The notes beneath the pieces are model-generated. The model was not told the DNA's origin and searched no databases. It worked only from the letters and a program-made list of their open reading frames with translations. A stretch of 64,000 nt of DNA from Octopus sinensis (lineage: Eukaryota), in the NCBI RefSeq assembly GCF_006345805.1, contig NC_043026.1:12565579-12629578 (forward strand). The letters run 5' to 3'. The translations under genes and the position numbers were made by a program. This document shows positions 11,854 through 25,161 of the stretch, piece by piece (the first letter of the stretch is position 1; each line of letters starts with the position of its first letter).

Positions 11854-11906
11854 AAATCTTTTTTTCCACTTATAAAATAATAAAAACTCAACGATAATAT
11901 ACTTAC

Positions 11907-12060
11907 CGCTTTCAAAATGTAAACAGCGCGGCAGTATCCGTTGGAAACAATATTTTAAAGAGATTGTCTCCATCCATAAGAATTACTTTCTGAATTAATT
12001 ATAATTAGGTAGCTCTACTCATTCTTGTTTTGTTTGTATTGAGTATTTTATTTCACATTC
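11907..12060 (-). promoter_or_regulatory. Putative non-coding exon 1 and core promoter of ZNF1
   Basis: Donor G|GTAAGT at 11907/11906. Homologous module at 17520-17657 and 29468-29615. Confidence 0.6.
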
Positions 12061-12067
12061 TGCACTA

Positions 12068-12107
12068 TGTCACGCGGGTGACAAGGGTTCGATTTCCCCC
12101 ACCGGGA
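12068..12107 (+). pseudogene. tRNA-Asp(GTC)-derived 3' half with B-box
   Basis: TGTCACGCGGGTGACAAGGGTTCGATTTCCCC matches the anticodon loop to T-arm of eukaryotic tRNA-Asp. No recognisable 5' half. Confidence 0.7.
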
Positions 12108-12401
12108 TGGTGCGTATTTGTTAAGGCGGCAAGCTGGCAGAATCGTTAGAAAACCGGGCAAAATACTTAGCACTATTCCGTCGGTCTTTACGTTCTGAGT
12201 TCAAATTCCGCCGAGGTCGACTTTGAGAACTGCTGATGTCTATGAAACTACTGTAGCGGGATGAGTAGCGAAATATTTTGCTGAGGTAGCAGAAGAAATA
12301 GCCATGTGGACGACATCAAAGTAGAACAATGGGAAAGCATTGGATTGTGGTTTAAATAAATTATTTAACCGACAGTTGCATTTACGTGCTTTGAAGTGCG
12401 T

Positions 12402-12945
12402 AGCGGTATTTCGTCTGCCGTTACGTTCTGAGTTCAAATTCCGCCGAGGTCGACTTTGCCTTTCATCCTTTCGGGGTCGATAAATAAAGGACCAGTTTCG
12501 CACTGGAGTCGATGTAATCGACTTAATCCCTTTGTCTGTCCTTGTTTGTCTCCTCTGTGTTTAGCCCCTTGTGGGTAATAAAGAAATAGGTATTTCGTCT
12601 GCCACTACGTTCTGAGTTCAAATTCGGCCGAGGTCGACTTTGCCTTTCATCCTTTCGGGGTCGAGAAATAAAGGACCAGTTTCGAACTGGGGTCGATGTA
12701 ATCGACTTAATCCGTTTGTCTGTCCTTGTGTGTCCTCTCTGTGTTTAGTAAAGAAATAGGTATTTCGTCTGTCGTTACGTTCTGAGTTCAAATTCGGACG
12801 AGGTCGACTTTGCCTTTCATCCTTTCGGGGTCGATTAAATAAAGGACCAGTTTCGAACTGGGGGGTCGATGTAATCGACTTAATCCCCTTGTCTGTCCTT
12901 GTTTGTCTCCTCTATGTTTAGTCCCTTGTGGTTAGTAAAGAAATA
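12402..12945 (+). repeat. SINE family A tandem array (about 3 units)
   Basis: Same ~185-bp unit as 575-1548, in the opposite orientation. Confidence 0.8.
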
Positions 12946-13228
12946 TATACACCAGAAAATTCGTTACATGACATTACTAACTTGCTTCGAAGTGGGGAAT
13001 ATAAAATAAACATGGGAGATAATGTGTCGATGTAACGAGGTAGAACCGGACATGTTTTGTGTCTGTGTGTCCGTTGGTCATTCGGTGGTGTCTGTTTATG
13101 TTCTGCGACTGCTACATGCTGAATATGTGGTTATTTGTTGGCTGCTTGACTGGAACAAGTGAACTGCTGTCTGTCGGTGTTTTGCCTCTTGCTGGCTGTC
13201 TTCCCATCTGTCGTGTGTCAAACTGTGT

Positions 13229-13617
13229 GGAGGCGCAATGGCCCAGTGGTTAGGGCAGCGGACTCGCGGTCGTAGGATCGTGGTTTCGATTCCCAGACCG
13301 GGCGTTGTGAGTGTATATTGAGCGAAAACACCTAAAAGCTCCACGAGGCTCCGGCAGGGGATGGTGGTGATCCCTGCTGTACTCTTTCACCACAACTTTC
13401 TCTCACTCTTACTTCCTGTTTGTTGTACCTTGTATTTCAAAGGGCCGGCCTTGTCACTCTCTGTGTCACGCTGAATATATCCAAGAACTACGTTAAGGGT
13501 ACACGTGTCTGTGGAGTGCTCAGCCACTTACACGTTAATTTCACGAGCAGGCTGTTCCGTTGATTCGGATCAACCGGAACCCTCATCGTCGTAACCGACG
13601 GAGTGCTTCTCTAAGAA
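13229..13617 (+). mobile_element. tRNA-head SINE family D (GGAGGCGCAATGGCCCAGTGGTTAGG...), 12-bp TSD; other copies at ~22115-22495 and 29616-29946
   Basis: A/B-box head. GTGTCAAACTGT at 13215-13226 and 13618-13629. Confidence 0.85.
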
Positions 13618-13889
13618 GTGTCAAACTGTATGTATAATGATCATCCCAGCTAGAAGGATAGACATACCACAGGAGTAATTGCTACCTATGTAGGTCGGTC
13701 GCCTCCTGTCCACTTGAACCTTAAATGACACAGCAAAGGTCGCGGAGGTCGAAGTGAATTCCATCCATCACATTTCGACAGGACAAAGAAATTTCTTTCG
13801 CGCTTGTTTGGCCAGTGGTGGGTCAGACAAGAGGCAATCTGTACATTCGGTTTCGAATCTCAGCCCGGAAAAAGGAAGTGTTAGTTTTT

Positions 13890-14240
13890 ACACTACCGTT
13901 CAGGGATTATGCTGACTTCCGTGCCGGTGTCAACAAGGGAACAGGTGCCTGTTAACACGATCGCAAACGAAAAACAGGAGACTTTGTGGGTGAGAATGAG
14001 GAACCTCCGTTGCGTTCAATTCCTTGCTGTGCTGTTTCCCAAAAGGGATGCTAAAAATGAGCATCGAATCGTGCAATTCTGTGACCGTGTTCCAAATTTT
14101 CGGTGGTACCAACAAGTTTCCTGCGAATTACGGGAAGCATTCGGGCTTCGGGACCGTCTACCAAATCGACGCGATCGACAGTTACTTCGGGTACAGCGAA
14201 CAAACAAAAATAAAAACATTGCCCTGAGGGAAAAAAACAA
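13890..14240 (-). mobile_element. Ty3/Gypsy remnant: gag C-terminal Cys-His motif and protease start
   Basis: Translations RRSRSP...CWYHRKFG...C..RCSF and LVDTGTEVSIIP. Confidence 0.75.
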
Positions 14241-14244
14241 CTTT

Positions 14245-14390
14245 CCCCTTTCGCTAACTTGAAAACAGCATTATCGGATGCTACCATATTGGTGTATCCC
14301 AAAACCAGGCACCCCACTAGTTGATGCATCCGATTCCGGAGTTGGAGGTGTGCTCCAACAACACACTAACGGTATTTGGCAACCTTGTTT
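14245..14390 (+). mobile_element. Ty3/Gypsy remnant: RT connection/RNase H start (frameshifted)
   Basis: FANLKTALSDATILVYPK followed by VDASDSGVGGVLQQHTNGIWQP. Confidence 0.75.
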
Positions 14391-14945
14391 TCGTCTGCCG
14401 TTACGTTGTGAGTTCAAATTCCGCCGAGGTCGACTTTACCTTTCATCCTTTCGGGGTCGATAAATCAAGTACCAGTTACGCACTGGTGTCGACGTAATCG
14501 ACTAAATACCTATGTCTGTCCTTGTTTGTCCTCTCTATATGTTTCGCCCCTTGTGGGTAATAAAGAAATAGGTATTTAGCAACCTTGTTTTCGTCTGCCG
14601 TTACGTTGTGAGTTCAAATTCCGCCGAGGTCGACTTTACCTTTCATCCTTTCGGAGTCGATAAATTAAGTACCAGTTACGCACTGGTGTCGATGTAATCG
14701 ACTAAATACCTATGTCTGTCCTTGTTTGTCCCCTCTGTGTTTCGCCCCTTGTGTGTAATAAAGAAATAGGCATCTCGTCCGTCTTTACGTTCTGAGTTCA
14801 AATTCCGCCGAGGTCGACTTTACCTTTCATCCTTTCGGGGTCGATAAATTAAGTACCAGTTACGCACTGGTGTCGGTGTAATCGACTAAATACCCATGTC
14901 TGACCCCTCTGTGTTTCGCCCGTTGTGGGTAATAAAGAAATAGGT
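14390..14945 (+). repeat. SINE family A tandem array
   Basis: Three or more ~185-bp units. Confidence 0.8.
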
Positions 14946-15276
14946 ATTTGGCAACCTTGTAGCGGGTTGGATGTGATGTGCCATATCACATCGATATGAT
15001 GTACCCCACTACTAAATGTAGCGTGTAGATGTAACACTTGAAGGTTCTCGCATTGGAAGAACCAGTAAACATCGAAGAAAGGACACCAAGAAGGGAGAAA
15101 TATTATTCACATATATTTTAATTTCTGCCGTTACACATTTCAAGGCATCGCTTACAAACTGGTGATCTTGACCTTGCACCATAACAGGCCTCGTTACACC
15201 CTAGGAGATAAAAGGCCACGGGTTATGGTCTCACTTGTCCTGCCGGGTCTTCTCATGCACAGCATCAGTAAAATGG

Positions 15277-17117
15277 CTAATCTTTTGTATGAGTACGTTT
15301 GTGTTTAATTAAGACACCAGATTCAGAGAATGATTTGTCACAAATATCACAGTGATATGGTTTTTCACCTGTGTGAGTACGTTTATGGCAAGTGAGACCT
15401 TCGTTTCTAGAGAATGATTTACCACAGATGTCACAACGATATGGTCTCTCTCCTGTATGAACACGTTTGTGTTTAGTCAAGTCATGTGTGCCAGGGAACG
15501 ATTTACCACAGATATCACATTGATAAGGATTCTCTCCTGTATGAATATATTTGTGTGTAGCCAAGTGACTACTTTTAGTGTATGATTTACCACAGATATC
15601 GCAGTGATATGGTTTTTCTCCTGTGTGAACACGCCTATGACACATGAGATCATCATTTCTCGAGAAGGATTTATCACAGATATCACACTGATATGGTTTT
15701 TCTCCTGTATGGGTACGTTTGTGTTTAGTTACGTGAGCAGATACAGTGAATGATTTACCGCAGATATCACAGCGATATGGTTTTTCTCCCGTATGAGTAC
15801 GTGTGTGCTTAGTTAAGCCACCACTTTGAGAAAATGATTTACCACAGATATTACACTGATATGGCTTCTCACCTGTATGGACACGTTTGTGTTTCTGTAA
15901 AACACCAGACTGGGAGAATGATTCACCACAGATATCACAGCGATATGGCTTCTCTCCCGTATGAGTACGTTTGTGCATAGTCAGTTGAGTATTTGTAGAG
16001 TATAAATTACCACAGATATCACAGTGATATGGCCTTTCTCCCGTATGAATACGTGTGTGCCTAGTAAGGCCACTGGATTGTGTAAATGATTTACCACAGA
16101 TATCACAGTGATATGGCTTCTCTCCTGTATGAACGCGTTTGTGCATAGTCAGTTGATAATTTGAAGAGTATGATTTACCACAGATATCACAGCGATATGG
16201 TTTTTCACCTGTATGAATACGTCTGTGTAGAGAGGCCTTCTTTTCTTGAGAATTATTCACCACAGACATCACACTGATATGGTTTTTCTTCTCTATGAGT
16301 ACGTCTGTGATGATTTAAGACACCAACCAGATCGATGAAATGATATACCACAAATATCACAGTGATACGGCTTCTCACCAGTATGAATACGGATATGTCT
16401 GGTTAAATAGCAAGTATCAGGGAATGATTTGCCACAGATATCACACTGATACGGCTTCTCACCAGTATGAATACAGATATGTCTGGTTAAATAGCAAGTA
16501 TCAGGGAATGATTTACCACAGATATCACACTGATACGGCTTCTCACCAGTATGAATACGGATATGTCTGGTTAAACAGCAAGTATCAGGGAATGATTTAC
16601 CACAGATATCACACTGATACGGCTTCTCACCAGTATGAATACAGATATGTCTGGTTAAATAGCAAGTATTAGGGAATGATTTACCACAGATATCACACTG
16701 ATACGGCTTCTCACCAGTATGAATACAGATATGTCTGGTTAAATAGCAAGTATCAGGGAATGATTTACCACAGATATCACACTGATACGGCTTCTCACCA
16801 GTATGAATACAGATATGTCTGGTTAAACAGCAAGTATCAGGGAATGATTTACCACAGATATCACACTGATACGGCTTCTTACCAGTATGAATACAGATAT
16901 GTCTGGTTAAACAGCAAGTATCAGGGAATGATTTACCACAGATATCACACTGATACGGCTTCTCACCAGTATGAATACAGATATGTCTGGTTAAATAGCA
17001 AGTATCAGGGAATGATTTACCACAGATATCACAGTGATACGGCTCCTCACCAGTATGAATACAGATATGTCTGGTTAAATAGCAAGTATCAGGGAATGAT
17101 TTACCACAGATATCACA
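15277..17117 (-). pseudogene. ZNF2: 5'-deleted, disrupted poly-C2H2 gene (about 22 finger units); residual 330-aa ORF with 11 fingers from ATG 16269
   Basis: No ATG and an in-frame TGA immediately upstream of 17117. 4-bp duplication at ~16322-16329, in-frame TAA at 16255-16253, 2-bp deletion at ~16225. Intact fingers downstream. Confidence 0.8.
16362..17117 (-). repeat. Nine near-identical 84-bp zinc-finger units ([28 protein letters not shown])
   Basis: Exact 84-bp periodicity: 9 x 84 = 756 bp between Cys codons at 17117 and 16361. Only scattered substitutions between units. Confidence 0.95.
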
Positions 17118-17657
17118 GGGTCAAACACTTGAGCCGCTCTGCTCTCATCATACAGCAAATGCAGGCAATTTACGAAACAAAAACGTGGGTTTTGGCAAAA
17201 AAAAACCCAATAATTTGCGTGAAAATGGAGGGTGGGGTGACGGGAGGAAGTCTTGCCGAGATGTTTAGCATTTAAGTTCCTGAGGAAAATCCTAATTTAT
17301 GATTTCAAAAGGATTATATTTTCCTCAAAGTTACGAGGGAAAAACATGAATCTTATGAGTAATCCGGAGTCCTTACCCACCACCATTGCTTTCCGCGCAA
17401 TTTTCTTTCCAGATTCGTTTCCTACGTGGCTGTGAAGTAGAAATATATCCCTTTTCCTCAGAGTTACGAGGGAAAAACATCAGATGTTGTGAATTGATCG
17501 CCGATTATAAAATAAAATTACTGTTTTCAAAGCGTAACCAGCGAGGCAGTATCCGTTGGGAACAATAGTTTGAGGAGGTTGTTTCCCTTTAATGAATGTA
17601 TTTCCTGAATTATCCAGTAGGTGGCTCTAATCAATCATGTTTTGTTTGTATAGAGTA

Positions 17658-18052
17658 CTAGCAGTATCGCCCGGCGTTGCTCGGTTTTGTAAGGGAAATA
17701 ACTATATAAGCATTTTTAGAGTTATAACCCCAAAGTAGCAAAAATATGCATAAAAAATGGAAAAAAAATTATGGTAAATTTTTTTTAAATCGTTGACTCA
17801 TCGTAGACATTTTTAGAGAGTTACTTCCCTTATATAATAGCGAAAAAATGCATTAAAATGGAAAAAAATTATGGTAAATTTTTTTTAAAATCGTAGACTC
17901 ATTGTAGACGTGCGTTAATACCCAGAAGGGCTCGATATGAATCACAACTATAAGATACCCGCTTTTGGTTAAACTGCACCGCAAAATGTGGGAGTAGTTA
18001 GGAATCTAATTCGTAGGAGACAGACACACAACTTCACTTTTATATATAAAGA
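17658..18052 (-). mobile_element. Non-autonomous Helitron inserted in the ZNF2 promoter module
   Basis: A|TC...hairpin...CTAG|T ends with no TSD. Empty site GAGTA|TTTTTATTTCAC in the ZNF1 copy at ~12045. Confidence 0.85.
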
Positions 18053-18073
18053 TTTTATTTCACATTCTGCCCT

Positions 18074-18112
18074 CTGTCACGCGGGTGACGGGGGTTCGAT
18101 CCCGCCACCAGG
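18074..18112 (+). pseudogene. tRNA-Asp-derived 3' half upstream of ZNF2
   Basis: CTGTCACGCGGGTGACGGGGGTTCGATCCCG. Confidence 0.65.
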
Positions 18113-20113
18113 AAAGCGGCAAGCTGGCAGAGTCGTTACGAAACCGGGCAAAATACTTACCATTCCGTTGGTCTTTACGTTCTTAGTTCAAATTCCGCAC
18201 TGGGGTCGATGTAATCGACTTAATCCCTTTGTCTGTCCCCTCTGTGTTTAGCCCCTTGTGGGTAGTAAAGAAATAGGTATTTCGTCTGCTGTTATGTTCT
18301 GAGTTCAAATTCCGCCGAGGTCCACTTTGCCTTTCATCCTTTCGGGGTCGATAAATTAAGTACCAGTTACACACTGATGTCGATGTAATTGACTTAATCC
18401 CTTTGTTTGTCCCCTCTGTGTTTAGCCCCTTGTAGGTAGTAAAGAAATAGCAAAGTATATGAAACACAAAATAAATAATTTTTTAAACAAAGTATATAGG
18501 CGCAGGAGTGGCTGTGTGGTGAGTAGCTTGTTTACCAACCACATGGTTCCGGGTTCAGTCCCACTGCATGGCACCTTGGGCAAGTGTCTACTACTATAGC
18601 CTCGGGCCGACCAAAGCCTTATGAGTAGATTTGGTAGACGGAAACTGAAAGAAGCCCGTCGTATATATGTATATATATATATATGTGTGTGTATGTTTCT
18701 GTGTTTGTGTTTGTCTCCCTAGCATTGCTTGACAACCGATGCTGGTGTGTTTATGTCCCCGTCACCTAGCGGTTCGGCAAAAGAGACCGATAGAATAAGT
18801 ACTGGGTTTACAAAAGAATAAGTCCGGGGGTCGAGTTGCTCGATTAAAGGCGGTGCTCCAGCATGGCCGCAGTCAAATGACTGAAACAAGTAAAAGAAAT
18901 AGTAGAAGAAAGGCGCAGGAGGTAAGTAGCTTGCTTACCAATTACATGGTTCCGGGTTCAGTCCCACTGTGTGGCACCTTGGGCAAGTGTCTTCTACTTA
19001 TAGCCTCGGGCCGACCAAAGCCTTGTGAGTGGATTTGGTAGACGGAAACTGAAAGAAGCCTGTCGTATTTATGTATGTATGTGTGTGTATATGTTTGTGT
19101 GTCTGTGTTTGACCCCCTAGCGTTGCTTGACAACCGATGCTGGTGTAAATTGCGTCCCCGTCACTTAACGGTTCGGCAAAAGAAACCGATAGAATAAGTA
19201 CTGGGCTTACAAAGAATAAGTCCCGGGGTCGAGCTGCTCGATTAAAGGCGGTGCTCCAGCATGGCCACAGTCAAACGACTGAAACAAGTAAAAGAAAGGT
19301 GCAAGAGGTAAGTAGCTTGCTTACCAACCACATGGTTCCGGGTTCAGTCCCACTACGTGGCACCTTGGGCAAGTGTCTTCTGCTATAGTCTCGGGCCGAC
19401 CAAAGCCTTGTGAGTGGATTTGGTAGATGGAAACTGAAAGAAGCCTGTCGTATTTATGTATGTATGTGTGTGTATTTGTTGTGTGTCTGTGTTTGACCCC
19501 CTAGCGTTGCTTGACAACCGATGCTGGTGTAAATTGCGTCCCCGTCACTTAACGGTTCGGCAAAAGAATAAGTACTGGGCTTACAAAGAATAAGTCCCGG
19601 GGTCGAGCTGCTCGACTAAAGGCGGTGCTCCAGCATGGCCGCAGTCAAATGACTGAAACAAGTAAAAGAGCACACAAAAACACATAGTAAAGATTGACTA
19701 GTCATGACTAGCTGGTGTGGATGCACGACTGCGCGTGTGCTCGCACCGGGACCACTGTTCTTAAGTAGTACCAATGAGTAGCTCCATCTGAAAAGGAAGG
19801 TGGGGCTAGAGAAAATGTGTCTGTCAGAGTCTGTATTCAAAAAAAGATGGTTGCGTGTTGCACGGATGCTAGGTGTGAAAGGCCTTGCATGAACACGCTG
19901 TGATCCCTTACCAAAAGGTTTCAGTTAAAACAACAGGGCTCGTGGGGTCGGCTATCCTGTTCTTTTGACTTCATAAGTCCCATTTTGTTTGTGTGTTCTT
20001 GTAACTCATTCGATTTCATTCCAAATAATTCATCCGATTTCACTGTAAATAATTCCATTTCGTCCACATGACCCCATCTGTGTAAACCCTTATGGGTAAT
20101 AAAGAAATAGTAG

Positions 20114-20840
20114 TACCAATTAGTTATTTAATTTTTTGGCTCAAAAAGCAAAAAGCAAGGCCATGTCGGGGGACATGGAGTTATGTACAGGGAGGGTGTT
20201 CATGCAAAGAGTTCAGGCCACTTGTGGTCAAGAGAGACTTTGAACCGAGCGGTTGTCGGCATCTTCACTATCTCATCCGGCAGCTTATTCCACAGATCTG
20301 CAACCCGGACGGAGAAAGCCCCTCTCCTTCGATTGAGATGAAATCGTCGCAGATAGGGCTTTTCGGAGTGACCCCGCAGCCGATGCTCTGGAGCAGGAGT
20401 GAAGAACAGCTCTTCAAGAGTTACACTTTCCGCTTTGATGTTTGAGCGAGAATGAGATCACCACGGGTCGTCGTTTTAGAGAATAAAGGTCGAGCGTCTT
20501 CAGCTTTCTTCATAAGACAAATAATAATAATAATAGTAATAATAATAATTTTAATTTAATTTAATTTTTTGGCTCAAAAAGCAAAAAGCAAGGCCATGTC
20601 GGGGGACATGGAGTTATGTACAAGGTGGTGTTCATGCAAAGAGTTCAGGCCACTTGTGGTCAAGAGAGACTTTGAACCGAGCGGTTGTCGGCATCTTCAC
20701 TATCTCATCCGGCAGCTTATTCCACAGATCTGCAACCCGGACGGAGAAAGCCCCTCTCCTTCGATTGAGATGAAATCGTCGCAGATAGAGCTTTTCGGAG
20801 TGACCCCGCAGCCGACGCTCTGGAGCAGGAGTGAAGAACA
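20114..20840 (-). mobile_element. Two tandem 3' fragments of a CR1-type LINE
   Basis: Translation RGDLIL...RLRGHSEK..RRFHLNRRRGAFSVRVADLWNKLPDEIVKMPTTARFKVSLDHKW matches the CR1 ORF2 C-terminus. Same tail at 63177-63410. Confidence 0.8.
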
Positions 20841-21214
20841 GGGAGTGGTGCAAATGTGTACAAGCATATAGGTGCAGGGAAAAATACGACCGTACATAAG
20901 GAGTTGGTGATGGAAATGTCCCCTTTTCAACGCCGCACAGTCATCCCACAAAAGAAGAAGAAGCCAAATACATGATATAAATGAATAAGTGCCAAAAGGA
21001 ATAATGAGGACGACAACCGTTCTACTGTTTGAGAGAGAGAAGACTTTATTTACAGAAGTGTACAATAGGATAAAGTATGGGTGCCAGCAGAGTGGTGTGT
21101 CTGAGTACGTGCGACAAGTGTTTGTGTCTGTGTGCGACAGAAGTACAAACAAGGCGTATGAAGAATGCAATACAGAGCATAGAATGAGTCTCTCAGTATA
21201 TTCAGATAAGATAA

Positions 21215-21976
21215 GGCGGCGAGCTGGCAGAAACGTTAGCACGCCGGGCGAAATGCTTAGCGGTGTTTCGTCTGCATTACGTTGTGAGTTCAAATTCCGC
21301 CGAGGTCGACTTTGCCTTTCATCCTTTCGGGGTCGATAAATTAAGTACCAGTTATGCACTGGGGTCGATGTAATCGACTTAATACCTATGTCTGTCCTTG
21401 TTTGTCCCCTCTGTGTTTAGCCCCTTGTGGGTAATAAAGAAATAGGTATTTCGCCCGTCTTTACGTTCTGAGTTCAAATTCCGCTACGGTCGACTTTGCC
21501 TTTCATCCTTTAAGGTGGCGAGCTGGCAGAAACGTTAGCATGCTGGGCGAAATACATGGTGGTATTTCACCCGTCTTTACGTTCTGAGTTCAAATTCCGC
21601 TACGGTCGACTTTGCCTTTCATCTTTTAAGGTGGTGAGCTGGCAGAAACGTTAGCATACTGGGCGAAATGCGCAGCCGTATTTCGTCTGCCGTTACGTTC
21701 TGGGTTCAAATTCCGCCGAGGTCGACTTTGCCTTTCATCCTTTAAGGTGGCGAGCTGGCAGAAACGTTAGCATACTGGGCGAAATGCGCAGCTGTATTTT
21801 GTCTGCCGTTACGTTCTGGGTTCAAATTCCGCTGAGGTCGACTTTGCCTTTCATCCTTTCAGGGTCGATAAATTAAGTACCAGTTATGCACTGGGGTCGA
21901 TTTAAGCGACTTAATCTGTTTGTCTGTCCTTGCTTGTCCCCTCTGTGTTTAGCCCCTTGTGGGTAGTAAAGAAATA
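21215..21976 (+). mobile_element. Multimeric SINE family A insertion bounded by a single 14-bp TSD
   Basis: TATATTCAGATAAG at 21197-21210 and 21977-21990. Four heads inside. Confidence 0.8.
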
Positions 21977-23389
21977 TATATTCAGATAAGTTGGAGTTAA
22001 TTTGCCAGTTCATAGTAAGGTCACACAATAGTAATAGTACTGTAACAGGATGTTGGGGTCACAAGGTAGAATGCCGGTTGAACACATGTTGTGTAGTGGT
22101 TGTGGCTTCAAAAGGGAGGAGCAATGGCCCAGTGGTTAGGGCAGTGGACTCGCGGTCATAGGATCGCGGTTTCGATTCCCAGACCGGGCGTTGTGAGTGT
22201 TTATTGAGCGAAAACACCTAAAGCTCCACGAGGCTCTGGCAGGGGATGGTGGTGATCCCTGCTGTACTCTTTCACCACAACTTTCTCTCACTCTTACTTC
22301 CTGTTTCTGTTGTACCTGTATTTCAAGAGGCCGGCCTTGTCACTCTCTGTGTCACGCTGAATATCCCCGAGAACTACGTTAAGGGTGCACGTGTCTGTGG
22401 AGTGCTCAGCCACTTACACATTAATTTCACGAGCAGGCTGTTCCGTTGATTCGGATCAACCGGAACCCTCGTCGTCGTAACCGATGGAGTGCTTCCATGT
22501 GTCTTCAAAGCTGTGCCAGGTTTCAATTTTAGAATATGTATCGCCGTAGCTAGTATTACTCGATTTTTCATGAGTCACATAGTAAAAATGGGTGTTCCTC
22601 TGGCCATATGCACCAAGGAAGAACAGGGATCAATGGTCCAATAACCTTCGCGTATTCGCGCTCTCGTCTTTCAACCTTCGCGTATTCGCGGTGCACCCGC
22701 CCTTGCCCACCCCCACCACCAATACCGGATATCTCTATATTTTTGCTCCATCTATACCGGATGTCGCTTCTCCCACCACCATTATAGGTGTCTACTCTTC
22801 GAACCCCCCTCTTCAATATGCTATTTCACCATGCATTACCCCTCTCGTGATATCCTATGTTCTACTTGTCTAGAACCTGTCATCGTTTCTCCGAACACCC
22901 CTCCCCACTGGTGCTCCCCTATATTTCTGCACCCCCCCCCCACATAAAAAGCACCATCCGAACGTGGCCGATGCCAGCACCGCCCCGACTGGCTTCTGTG
23001 CAGGTGGCACATAAAAAGCACCAACTGACTGTGGCCGATGCCAGACCCCTCTGGCACCTGTGCAGGTGGCACGTAAAAAGCACCCACAACACTCGCGGAG
23101 TGGTTGGCGTTAGGAAGGGCATCCAGCTGTAGAAACACTGCCAGACCAGACTGGAGCCTGGGGCAGCCCCTGGCTCCCCAGACCCCGGTCGAAACCGTCC
23201 AACCCGTGCTAGCGCGGAAAACGGACGTTAAACGATGATGATGATGATGATGATGAAAGTTGTGTTGGGGGATCAAACAGCCTACTGCTAGACAAGAATG
23301 AAGCACAAAGAGGAAGTCTGATGACCATCAAATTCCACTCCTATCATTATCATGTAAAATACAAATTTATCCTATTGTATATCCCCCTT

Positions 23390-25161
<1,772 letters not shown>

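Noticed and set aside
12068-12107. Functional tRNA-Asp gene
   Set aside because: The D-arm, A-box and 5' acceptor strand are not recognisable in any of the four copies.
13229-13300. tRNA-like heads as true tRNA genes (also 8800-8865, 22115, 29616, 44750-44824)
   Set aside because: They continue into SINE bodies, several have TSDs, and I could not fold a complete cloverleaf.
13030-13830. Repeat shared with 24026-24350 as a possible gene or LTR
   Set aside because: Two diverged copies with no recognisable ORF or termini; left as an unclassified repeat.
16340-17275. Plus-strand repetitive ORFs ([17 protein letters not shown]...) and similar ORFs over all ZNF genes
   Set aside because: They are antisense or alternate-frame shadows of the 84-bp finger repeat.
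20700-21359. 219-aa minus-strand ORF
   Set aside because: It is a chimeric read-through of SINE A, an LTR-like segment and a CR1 tail, with no coherent domain.
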